From the NCBI GenBank assembly GCA_963771155.1, contig CAVYSK010000018.1, forward strand, positions 7,302-71,301: a stretch of 64,000 nt of DNA, in the 5' to 3' direction. A program made the translations under genes and the position numbers. The notes beneath the pieces were generated by a model that saw only the letters and a program-made list of their open reading frames with translations, was not told the DNA's origin and made no database searches. The stretch is from an uncultured Chloroflexia bacterium. Lineage in GTDB: Bacteria; Chloroflexota; Limnocylindria; QHBO01. Below, piece by piece: positions 1 through 8,252 of this stretch (position 1 is its first letter; every line of letters starts with the position of its first letter).

Positions 1-1750
1 AAGTACGCCTGTGGATCGGAGGCGGGCACGAACCAGCCCGCGTGGCCGTCGAGGCTCGCGGGAACCTTCGGTTCGGTTCCTTCACAGGGCGTCACCTCGA
101 CGGCGCAGTAGTCGAGGAACCACTGGTCAGCCGATTGGCCGGGCTCCAGCACGACTGACCAAGCCGACGCGGCCACACTCCCGTCCGCACCGTCGAGGTA
201 GAACCAGTCGGTGCGCTCGACCCCGTCCGGCCAGGCTGTGTCATCCGGGAACGTCCACTCGCCGTTCGCCGGGGTCGCCGTCCAGTCCGGCGGATAGGAG
301 ATGCTGAACCCGTAGCGCTCCGAGACGAAGGGAAGCCATGCCGCGGTGTCATTGGGATCCGGCGACTGGCTGAGCTCAGCCGACGAGCTCGGCTCGGCGG
401 GGGAGGCCGCTGGCGTTGGCGTGGGGGAGTCCACGGGCAGGCGGCCCCAGGATTGGATCGGCACGAACGGCCCATACTCATAGACCGGATTCGTGGCGAC
501 GTCCTGGACGGTCACCAGGCTGGTGGATGGGCTGCCCGGAGTGGCGCGAACCACGCCCAGCAGAGGATCGATGTCGGACGACCAGGCGGCGAACACCAGG
601 TACTCGCCATCGGGTGACCATGTGACCCAGTAAGGTCCTCGCAGGGCGCGTTCGGAGCCATCGGCCGAGCGCTCGATGAGGGGAATGACCTCTTCGCGGG
701 GGGTGCCGTCCGTCGATAGGTCATCCGGCCACACCAGGACGACGTCGTGGTCCTCACCGCTGCATCCGGCCGGTCGGCAGCGCTGATAGACGATCGACTC
801 GCCATCCGGCGACCATACCGGCCCGATGCCATGGATCGCCCCGAAGCGACCGGATCGCCCAGGGGACAACGTGCGCTGCTCTTCGGTGGCAAGGTCAATG
901 ACGCTGAGCTCGACGCCGGAGTCGTCGCCGCTCTCGTCGGGCGATGCGCTGGTACGCGATGCGTTTGCCGTCGGGCGACCAGGTGAAGGTGAGGGCGCCC
1001 TCGGTTCCTTCCAGGATGCGGGTACCACCCGAGCCGAGCTCATACAGGTGGAGCCGGCCATCGTGGAGCTGATTTCCACTCACCACCGCGTCGCTCCCAC
1101 TGGCGATGGCAAGGCGACTGCCATCGGGCGAAAACTCGAGGTCGGTCGCCAGCAGGTCGGGCAGCGCGGTGATGCCCCCGTCGGCCACCGTCACGATCCA
1201 GACCTCGCTGCCCTGCTGCCGACTGGGTGGGGTTGATGACCGACGTCTGCGGGACACCGAACGCGATCCGGTCTCCGGTGGGCGACCAGATGGGGCAGGG
1301 CGGCGCTCCGACGACCTCGACGCGGAATGCTTCTGAGACACCGCCCTCGGCGCTGACATCGGCGACCACGACCGCCATGCTCGGCGTGGCGCCTGAACGA
1401 TCGACCTGCCCGTACGCGAGGCGCCGGCCATCGGGCGAGAAGGCCGGGCACAGCTGGTCCATGCGGTCCGACTCCGTGCCGACGACGCGTCGGGTCTCGC
1501 CATCCAGGCTCACGAACCAGATGTCCTGATCGCCTCCGTCCTCCGGATTCATGCCGTACGCGATCCAGCCGTTACGGCTGGGCGCGTCGATGCTCTCGGC
1601 ATCCGTCGTCGACGGCCCGGCGCTGGGCGGCGCGGGCGTGACGGCCGTCGACGGTGTCGGCGGATTGACCTGACCCGCGCAGCCGACCAACAGCACGAGC
1701 AGCAGCGGACTGATCAGGCGGATCGCAGTGGGCGGCGTCGGCTCGGGCAT
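1..1750 (-). pseudogene. TolB-like beta-propeller lipoprotein. Start at 1750, runs off the left edge, at least 2 frame breaks.
   Basis: N-terminus MPEPTPPTAIRLISPLLLVLLVGCAG is a signal peptide plus lipobox. FSPDGRRLAY / WSPTGDRIAF / WSPDGKRIAY / WSPDGESIVY propeller motifs appear in three different minus frames, with breaks near ~1210 and ~900. My translation stays open to position 1 (...ASLDGHAGWFVPASDPQAYF). Confidence 0.6.
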
Positions 1751-1839
1751 GTCGTCCTCCGTAGCAGGTCATCGCTTTACGCCCTATGAGTCGCGAAGCC
1801 GCCAAATGGTTCACAATCTCAGCCGATATAGATTGCTGA

Positions 1840-1867
1840 TTGACAACTCCCGTTATCCGTATACGAT
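1840..1867 (+). promoter_or_regulatory. Sigma70-type promoter candidate: TTGACA, 16 nt, TACGAT
   Basis: TTGACA at 1840-1845 and TACGAT (TANNNT) at 1862-1867, in the only AT-rich stretch upstream of the 1883 ORF. Pattern match only. Confidence 0.35.
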
Positions 1868-1882
1868 AAAGCGGATTATGCG

Positions 1883-2170
1883 GTGGGTTGGGCCGTGCGG
1901 CTCCCTTTGGACCTCGGCGATGACGACGACATCGAGGCGCTCGACGCACACCTGGCGGAGCGTGGCCTTGGCATCGACGATCTCTTCGCCTCGGCCAATT
2001 GGGTCATTCCTCGGCGCAAGGGAGATCGGCTGTACGCGTATGGCCGTGGATCTGGTGGGCGGCCGATCGTGATCGTTCTGCAACGTCGGGCAGCTGGATG
2101 GCGGCCTCGCACAGCCTGGCCGATGGACGACGTGGAGCTGCGCTGGTGGCGAAGGCACGGCGGCCGATGA
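1883..2170 (+). CDS. BrnT-like (DUF497-like) toxin, putative
   Basis: 95 aa. ...ERGLGIDDL...GDRLYAYGRGSGGRPIVIVLQ...WRPRTAWPMDDVELRWW follows the BrnT layout (HG-x-F-x-D ... R-x-x-A-I-G ... ISxRxA..E). Its TGA overlaps the ATG of the next gene (ATGA at 2167-2170). Confidence 0.45.
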   Translation: MGWAVRLPLDLGDDDDIEALDAHLAERGLGIDDLFASANWVIPRRKGDRLYAYGRGSGGRPIVIVLQRRAAGWRPRTAWPMDDVELRWWRRHGGR

Positions 2171-3003
2171 CGACCGACGACGGTCGGCTGCGGCGCGAGT
2201 CACCGGCGTATCAGCCGGATGCCGACTGGGACGAGCTCGAGCCCCAGGCGATGAATGTCGTGCTGAGCGTACGGTTCGACGCTCGGAGCGCTCGCCGCAT
2301 CAATGACCTCGCGCGGCGAACAGGGAGCACGCCAGGCCGCTTGATCCGGAACTGGACGCTGGATCGGCTAGGTTCACTAGCCACCGAGCCGGCGTTGAAG
2401 CCGACTGCCATTCGCGAGGCCTCGGCACCGTACGATCGCGCTGAGAATCAGTACGAAGCACTTCGTCGGCGGTATCGCCCGGACCGAATCGACATCCTGT
2501 TGGTGGGGGAGTCGCGTCCGGCGGGTGGCACCTTCTTCTACCTGGCCAACAGCAACCTCTACTACGCCACCCACCAAGCGTTTCAGCGCGCGTTCGGGCC
2601 AATGCCGGAAGGTGACCACTTCCTCGAGCTGTTGCGCGACCGGAGCGTGTGGCTGTACGACCTCGCTGATGCTCCAGTCGATCGCATGCGCGGCCGCCCG
2701 CGACGGGATGCGGTCACATCGCGCATTTCGCACCTCGTGGACCTGTTGCGCGAGGAGCGTCCGCGGGTCGTGGTGGCAATCAAGAAGGATCTCGCCGCGA
2801 CCGTGCGACAGGCGCTCGTCGAGGCCGACCTTGGAGTCGATCGGCTCATTGTCCTGCCGTTCCCGCTCTACCAGTGGCGGCGCGAGTACGTTCGTGGCCT
2901 CGCTGAGGTGCTCGCCAGCCCAGGCGGGGTTGACGAGCTGTACGGCTCTCACCCGATGGATGAATCGGTCGATGACTATCTGGAGGGTACGCGCGGCCGC
3001 TGA
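2167..3003 (+). CDS. Fusion protein: BrnA/CopG-like ribbon-helix-helix N-terminus plus a C-terminal domain resembling the uracil-DNA-glycosylase superfamily
   Basis: The N-terminus NVVLSVRFDARSARRINDLARRTGSTPGRLIRNWTLDRL is RHH-antitoxin-like. The C-terminus has ILLVGESRPAGGTFFY (compare the UDG motif GExPG) and VLPFPLYQW (compare HPSPL). I prefer the ATG at 2167 because of the ATGA overlap with the upstream ORF, rather than the 1999 start in the ORF track. Confidence 0.45.
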   Translation: MTTDDGRLRRESPAYQPDADWDELEPQAMNVVLSVRFDARSARRINDLARRTGSTPGRLIRNWTLDRLGSLATEPALKPTAIREASAPYDRAENQYEALRRRYRPDRIDILLVGESRPAGGTFFYLANSNLYYATHQAFQRAFGPMPEGDHFLELLRDRSVWLYDLADAPVDRMRGRPRRDAVTSRISHLVDLLREERPRVVVAIKKDLAATVRQALVEADLGVDRLIVLPFPLYQWRREYVRGLAEVLASPGGVDELYGSHPMDESVDDYLEGTRGR

Positions 3004-3033
3004 CCGCGAAGCCCACCCGCTACCCTGCGCGGC

Positions 3034-4771
3034 ATGAGTGCGGGGGAGGACCGGCTGGCATCGGCGCTGGAGCAGGCGCTGAAGCCGCCGTGGGCGATGT
3101 ACCGCAACGTCGCCTGGCTCGAGAAGCGGCCGGGTGACGAGCCGGCCGATGGCGAGGCCGACCTCGTGGTCGCCCATCCGGACTTCGGCGTCATGGTGAT
3201 CGAGGTCAAGGGCGGGCGCGTGCAGCCGCATCGGCGGCCGATGGGAGTCGGTCGACGGCAAGGGCGACCGCCATGCGATCAAGGACCCGTTCGCGCAGGT
3301 CACGCGCGAGATGCATCGGCCTGCGGCGCAAGTGCGAGGAGCTGCCGGCCTGGCCGGCGCATCGCGTGCGCTTCGCCCGCGCGGTGTGCCTGCCGGACTC
3401 GGCCTACGACCGATCGATGACGCCGGACGGGCCGCGCGAGATCGTCATCGACCACGACGACCTGGCCCGCGCCGGCGAGCGGGTGCGCGAGATCTTCGAC
3501 TGGTGGAGCCGCTCGGGCGATGCCGATCGCCGACGGTGGCGCGCCGGGCGACATCGGCATGAAGGCGCTCGAGGAGCTGCTGGCGCCGCGACCTCGAGAT
3601 CGAGTCGCCGCTGGCGGCGGGCGTGGCGGCCGCCGAGGACCGCATCGTCACCCTGACCGAGCGCCAGTTCGCGATCCTCGACATGCTCCACGCGCATCGG
3701 CGGGCGGTGATCCTGGGCGTCGCCGGGTCGGGCAAGACGCTCATCGCCGCCGAGAAGGCGCGGCGCCTGGCGGCCGAGGGCTTCGAGGTGCTCCTCACCT
3801 GCTTCAACCGGCCGCTGGCCGAGTTCCTCGCCGCCACCATCGGCCAGAAGGAGCGCATCACGGTCAGCACCTTCCATCGGCTGAGCGAGAAGTTCGGGCA
3901 GGAGGCAGGGCTCATCGGTCCCGATCCGGCGCACGACACGCCGTACTTCGACAGCCTGCCGGACGTGCTCGACCGTGCGCTGCGCGCAGGTGCCGGAGCC
4001 GCGCTTCGACGCGATCGTGGTCGACGAGGGCCAGGACATCGACTCGGTCTGGTGGCTGCCGCTGCTCGACCTGCTGCGCGATCCGGCGAGCGGGGGATCG
4101 TCTACGTCTTCGGCGACGCGAACCAGGACCTCTACCACGCCCGCGAGCCCGACGAGCTCGGCGTCGTCATGCCCGAGAAGATCGAGCCGTTCTACCTGAC
4201 CGAGAACCGGCGCAGCACGAAGGCCATCCACGACTTCGCCGAGCGCTTCTCCTCGCCGGTGACCGATGGGCCGGCCCCGGTCTCGATCGGCCCCGACGGC
4301 CAGCCGGTCGAGATCTTCACCTACGCCGATGGGGACGCCGATGGCTGTCGCAAGGTCCTCGGCACCGTCCTGCGCACCGATCATCGACAAGGGGCGCGTG
4401 GCCGCCTCGGACGTCGTGGTGCTGACGCCGCGGTCGAGGAACTCGTCGTGGCTGATGGCGGCCGATCGGGCGCGCCGGTCGAGGCGTGGCCGTATCGGCT
4501 CATGCCCGAGTACGGGCCGGAGGGCTCGGTGCTGCCGCCGCCGACGAAGGGCAACGAGGTGCGGGTGGCGACGATCCATCGGTACAAGGGGCTCGAGTCG
4601 CCGGTCGTCGTGCTGGCCGAGATCGACGAGCGGGTGGACGAGGCGGACCTGGCGTCGCTGCTCTACGTCGGCGCCACCCGGGCGCGGTCGCACCTGGTGG
4701 TCGTGTGCTCCGAGGCGTTGCGGGCGCGAGTTGCTCCCGAGCGGACTAGCGTGGCGCGCGCGCAGCGATGA
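3034..4771 (+). pseudogene. NERD-domain nuclease fused to an SF1 (UvrD/AAA_19-like) helicase, with at least 8 frame breaks
   Basis: NERD-like EADLVVAHPDFGVMVIEVKGG. Walker A GVAGSGKT. Motif II FDAIVVDEGQD lies in a different frame (3975 ORF). C-terminal IHRYKGLESPVVVL and YVGATRARSHLVVV. A coherent protein is recovered only by hopping frames near ~3230, 3315, 3525, 3590, 3975, 4090, 4380 and 4460. Confidence 0.7.
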
Positions 4772-5070
4772 TGTATGATTCATACATCGTGAAGCGGACC
4801 CAGATCTACCTCGACGAGCGCCAGGCGGAGGAGCTGAGCCGGCACGCGGCCGCTCGAGGAACGACCGCTTCGAAGATGATCCGCGAGGCGATCGATCAGT
4901 ACCTGGCGGATCCCGACGACAAGGTTGAGCGCCTGGCCCGATACCGCGCAGCGCTGGACGACGCCTTCGGCATCGCGCCCTACCTGGGCGAGGGAGCGAC
5001 CTACGTGGAAGAGCTGCGAGCCGCCGATCGGGTCCGAGAGCGAGGGCTGGATGAGCGGCGGCGTCGGTGA
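4768..5070 (+). CDS. vapB: VapB-type RHH (CopG family) antitoxin. The true start may be the GTG at 4789.
   Basis: KRTQIYLDERQAEELSRHAAARGTTASKMIREAIDQYL is an RHH fold motif. 4-nt overlap (GTGA) with the downstream PIN gene. Confidence 0.75.
   Translation: MMYDSYIVKRTQIYLDERQAEELSRHAAARGTTASKMIREAIDQYLADPDDKVERLARYRAALDDAFGIAPYLGEGATYVEELRAADRVRERGLDERRRR
4771..4787. promoter_or_regulatory. Perfect 8-bp-arm palindrome ATGTATGA-T-TCATACAT, likely the VapB operator, with an embedded TATGAT -10-like hexamer
   Basis: Read directly. It covers the two ATG codons annotated as the VapB start and ends 1 nt before an in-frame GTG (4789), which gives the typical RHH N-terminus VKRTQIYLDE. Confidence 0.4.
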
Positions 5071-5435
5071 TCGTTCTTGACACGACCGTGCTCATCGATG
5101 TGCTGCGGGGGCATCGGCCGGCGCTCGACTACCTGCGTTCCCTTGACGAGCCGCCGGGCTGTTCCGAGGTCACGCGGGTCGAGGTGATGCGCGGACTTCG
5201 CCATCGCGAGCGCGATGCCGCGGAGGGACTGATGCGGGCCATGCGCTGGAGCGCCGTCGATGAGCGGATCGCGCGTCGGGCCGGGAGCCTCGGCCGCACA
5301 TGGAGGCGCAGCCACGCGCTGGCGGCGGCGGACCTGATCATCGCCGCCACGGCGCAGGAGCTCGGCGGTGAGCTCGCAACGTCCAACACCCGGCACTTCC
5401 CGATGTTCCCCGGCCTCGCGCCTCCTTATCGCTGA
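5067..5435 (+). CDS. vapC: VapC PIN-domain toxin
   Basis: MIVLDTTVLIDVL... N-terminal PIN acidic motif and ...DLIIAATAQELGGELATSNTRHF C-terminal motif. 122 aa, coupled to vapB. Confidence 0.8.
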   Translation: MIVLDTTVLIDVLRGHRPALDYLRSLDEPPGCSEVTRVEVMRGLRHRERDAAEGLMRAMRWSAVDERIARRAGSLGRTWRRSHALAAADLIIAATAQELGGELATSNTRHFPMFPGLAPPYR

Positions 5436-5443
5436 CTCGCCCC

Positions 5444-7382
5444 TCAGACGGTCGCCCTGACGATCCCCAGGATCTCCTCACCGTAGGTCGCGACCTTGCG
5501 CTGGCCGATGCCGGGGACGCCCAGCAACGATGTGCCATCTGATGGTCGTCGGACGGCGATGGCGGCGAGCGTCTTGTTGTCGGCCACGACGTAGGCGGGA
5601 ACGCCGTCGGCGCGGGCGCGCTCGCGGCGCCACTCGATGAGCTTCGCGAGCAGCGGCTCGTCCTCGGCGGACAGCTCGAAGGTCGCGACCGCTGACCCCG
5701 GCTTCGGTGCCGGTCGCGCGACGGCGTTCGGCCACAGCTCGGCGATGAAGCGCGACGGCCGCGCACGCGCCGGCCCCTTGGCGCCGACGCGAGAGCCCGC
5801 CCACGACAGCACGAGGTGGCGACGGGCGCGGGTGATGCCGACGTAGAGGAGGCGCCGCTCCTCGGCCAGCGCATCGGCGTCGGAGGAGGACTGGCGGATG
5901 GGGAGCGTTCCCTCCTCGAGCTGCGGCAGGAAGACGGCGTCCCACTCGAGGCCCTTGGCCCGATGCAGCGTCGAGAGGGTGACGCCGTCGCCGCCGGCCT
6001 CCGACTCGACCGCGTCGCGACGGGCGAGCTCGGCGAGGTAGTCGGCAACGGTGGCGTCCGGCTGCTCGGCCTCGAGCGATCGCGCCATCGCGAGCAACGT
6101 CGAGAGCGCCGCGTGGCGGTCGCGCGCCTCGGCACCGGTGCCGGGCGGCTCGGCCTCGTCGAAGCCGAGCTCCTTCCTCCATCGGTCGACGACGATCGCC
6201 GACAGGCGACCCTCGGCACCGACCCGCAGCGCCTGCGCGGGCGGCGCGGACGTCGGGCCGGGCGAAGAAGCGGACGCCGCGGACGGTGAACGCGATCTCG
6301 GCCGCGGTCAGGGCGGCCTCGAAGCCGACCAGCTGGGCGTTCGTGCGCACGAGGATCGCGATCTCGGTCAACGGCACGCCCTCGGCCACCAGCGCGTGGA
6401 TGCGCGCCACGACAGCGGCCGCCTCGGCGTCGCCATCGGAGTGGGGGACCAGCTCCGGGATCGGTCCATCGGTCGTGCTCGAGCGCAGCTCGCGGCCGGG
6501 GATGAGGCGGTTGGCCAGCGCGAGCACCTGCGGCGTGCTGCGGTAGTTCTGGCCCAGGCGCACGACGCGCGCGCCGGGGTATCGGTCCGCGAAGGTGGCC
6601 AGGTACTCGGAGCTGGCGCCGGTGAAGCTGTAGATCGTCTGGTCGGGGTCGCCGACGACGCACAGGTCGCGCCGATCGCCCAGCCACAGCCGCAGCAGGT
6701 CCTCCTGGAGCCGATTCGTGTCCTGGTACTCGTCGACGCTGAACCAGCTGTAGCGCCGATGCGTCAGCGCCAGCGCGTCGGCATCGGTCTCGTACAGCTC
6801 GACCGCGAAGGTGAGCATGTCCTCGAAGTCGATCCGGTTGGCTCGCGCCTTGGCCTGCTCGTATCGGCGCCAGAGCGTGCGGAAGACGTCGGGCGGCACG
6901 GGCGGCTCGCGCTCGGGGACGTACGTCTCCGGGCGCATGCGGCGGACCTTGGCCCACTCGATCTCATCGGCCAGGTCCTTCGCCGGCGTGAACTTGTAGC
7001 CGCCCGGCAGGCTTCGCGCCATCGGACCGATGATCCGCAGCTTCGAATCGAGCACCTCGGGCAGGTCCGTGCCATGGACGAGCGGCCAGAAGTGGGCGAG
7101 CTGGCGGCGCGCGGCGGCATGAAAGGTCGATGCCTGCACCTGCGGCAGCCCGAGCGCCTGCAGCCGATGGCGCATCTCGGTCGCGGCCTTCTCGGTGAAG
7201 GTCACCACCAGCGCCTGCTTCGGATCGATCGCCCTGGTTGCCGCCGCGTAGGCCACCCGGTGGCTGATGACGCGCGTCTTGCCGGTTCCAGCGCCGGCGA
7301 GGATGACGACCGGGCCGGTCGTGGCCATAGCCGCCTCGCGCTGCTCGGCGTTCAGGCCGGCCAAGATGGCCCCGGGATCCAT
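5444..7382 (-). CDS. uvrD2: UvrD2-like ATP-dependent DNA helicase with HRDC-like C-terminus. One frame break near ~6243.
   Basis: GAGTGKT, DEYQDTN, QNYRST, VTLSTLHRAKGLEWD, YVGITRAR. C-terminal LIEWRRERARADGVPAYVVADNKTLAAIA is HRDC-like. The N-terminal two thirds are in the 5478..7382 frame and the C-terminal third is in the 5444..6097 frame. The join reads ...RPDVRAA / AQALRVGAEGRLS... Confidence 0.8.
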
Positions 7383-7434
7383 GCCCCCGATGGTACCGGC
7401 CCGCTAACCCCACGCTTTGACGTACCGTTGATGA

Positions 7435-8088
7435 ATGACCGCCGAGAAGACGCCCGAGCACTTCATCGCCCGACAGATCGCGTACTACCGCGCACGGGCC
7501 CCCGAGTTCGACCTCAGCCACCACCTTCCGACGCCCGAGCTGCGCACCGCGATGGAGTCGTTCGCGCCGCGCGGACGCATCGTCGAGCTGGCCTGCGGGA
7601 CCGGCATCTGGACCGAGGAGATCCTGCGCCACCCCGTCGAGGAGTTGCTGTGCATCGACGCGGCGCCGGAGATGCTCGAGATCCACGAGTCGAGGATCGA
7701 CGACCCACGGGTGCGCCGCGAGCGCCACGACCTCTTCACCTGGGAGGCGGACGACCAATACGACGCCGTCATGTTCGCGTTCTGGCTGTCCCACGTCCCA
7801 CCGATACGTTTCGCCGACTTCTGGGGGACGGTCGAGCAGGCGCTGAAACCCGGCGGCCGCGTCTTCTTCGTGGACGACGACCTTCGGGCCGAGGTAGACG
7901 AGGAGCGCGTGCCCGACGCCGAGGTGCCGGCCGTGCTCCGGACCCTCAATGACGGGACGCCGCACGTCGCCATCAAGCTCTTCTACGAGCCGCAGGCATT
8001 GGCCGGTGCCCTCGCCGAGCTCGGGTGGGACGCCGAGGTGGGCTCCGTCGGCGATCGCTTCCTATGGGGAACCGCGACCAGGCCATGA
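7435..8088 (+). CDS. Class I SAM-dependent methyltransferase
   Basis: IVELACGTGIWTEEIL (motif I) and VFFVDD. 217 aa, intact. Confidence 0.7.
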   Translation: MTAEKTPEHFIARQIAYYRARAPEFDLSHHLPTPELRTAMESFAPRGRIVELACGTGIWTEEILRHPVEELLCIDAAPEMLEIHESRIDDPRVRRERHDLFTWEADDQYDAVMFAFWLSHVPPIRFADFWGTVEQALKPGGRVFFVDDDLRAEVDEERVPDAEVPAVLRTLNDGTPHVAIKLFYEPQALAGALAELGWDAEVGSVGDRFLWGTATRP

Positions 8089-8122
8089 GGTCGAGCGCCT
8101 GATCGAACGCCGAACGCTGGCC

Positions 8123-8170
8123 TCAGAGCGCCTCGATGGCGGCGCGGATCTGCTCGGTGGCCTCCTCCGG
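8123..8170 (-). repeat. Left copy of a 48-bp imperfect direct repeat: orphan relic of a coding 3' end (...PEEATEQIRAAIEAL*)
   Basis: 45/48 identical to 21048-21095, same orientation. On the minus strand it reads as 15 codons plus TGA matching the terminus of the 21048..23531 gene. No matching gene body lies upstream of it. Confidence 0.8.
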
Positions 8171-8252
8171 CGCCCCGACGGCCGCGCACGGAGCAGGATC
8201 ACTGGCGGCGTCTCGATGTTCGTGTTTCCGTACCGCGTCGATGCGATCGGAT

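Noticed and set aside
1999-3003. 334-aa version of the RHH/UDG-like gene starting at 1999
   Set aside because: The first 56 codons overlap the BrnT-like ORF and look non-coding (W/R/A-rich). The ATG at 2167 forms an ATGA overlap with the upstream stop.
3404-7952. Long ORFs antisense to or out of frame with the real genes, e.g. 3404..5095 (563 aa), 5338..6957 (539 aa) and 6051..7952 (633 aa). Similar ones elsewhere: 9260..11149, 21522..23555, 25897..27621, 59788..61653, 62386..63954.
   Set aside because: Their translations are Arg/Pro/Gly/Ala-rich low-complexity strings with no motifs, as expected for shadow ORFs in GC-rich DNA. The opposite strand or frame carries clear conserved motifs.
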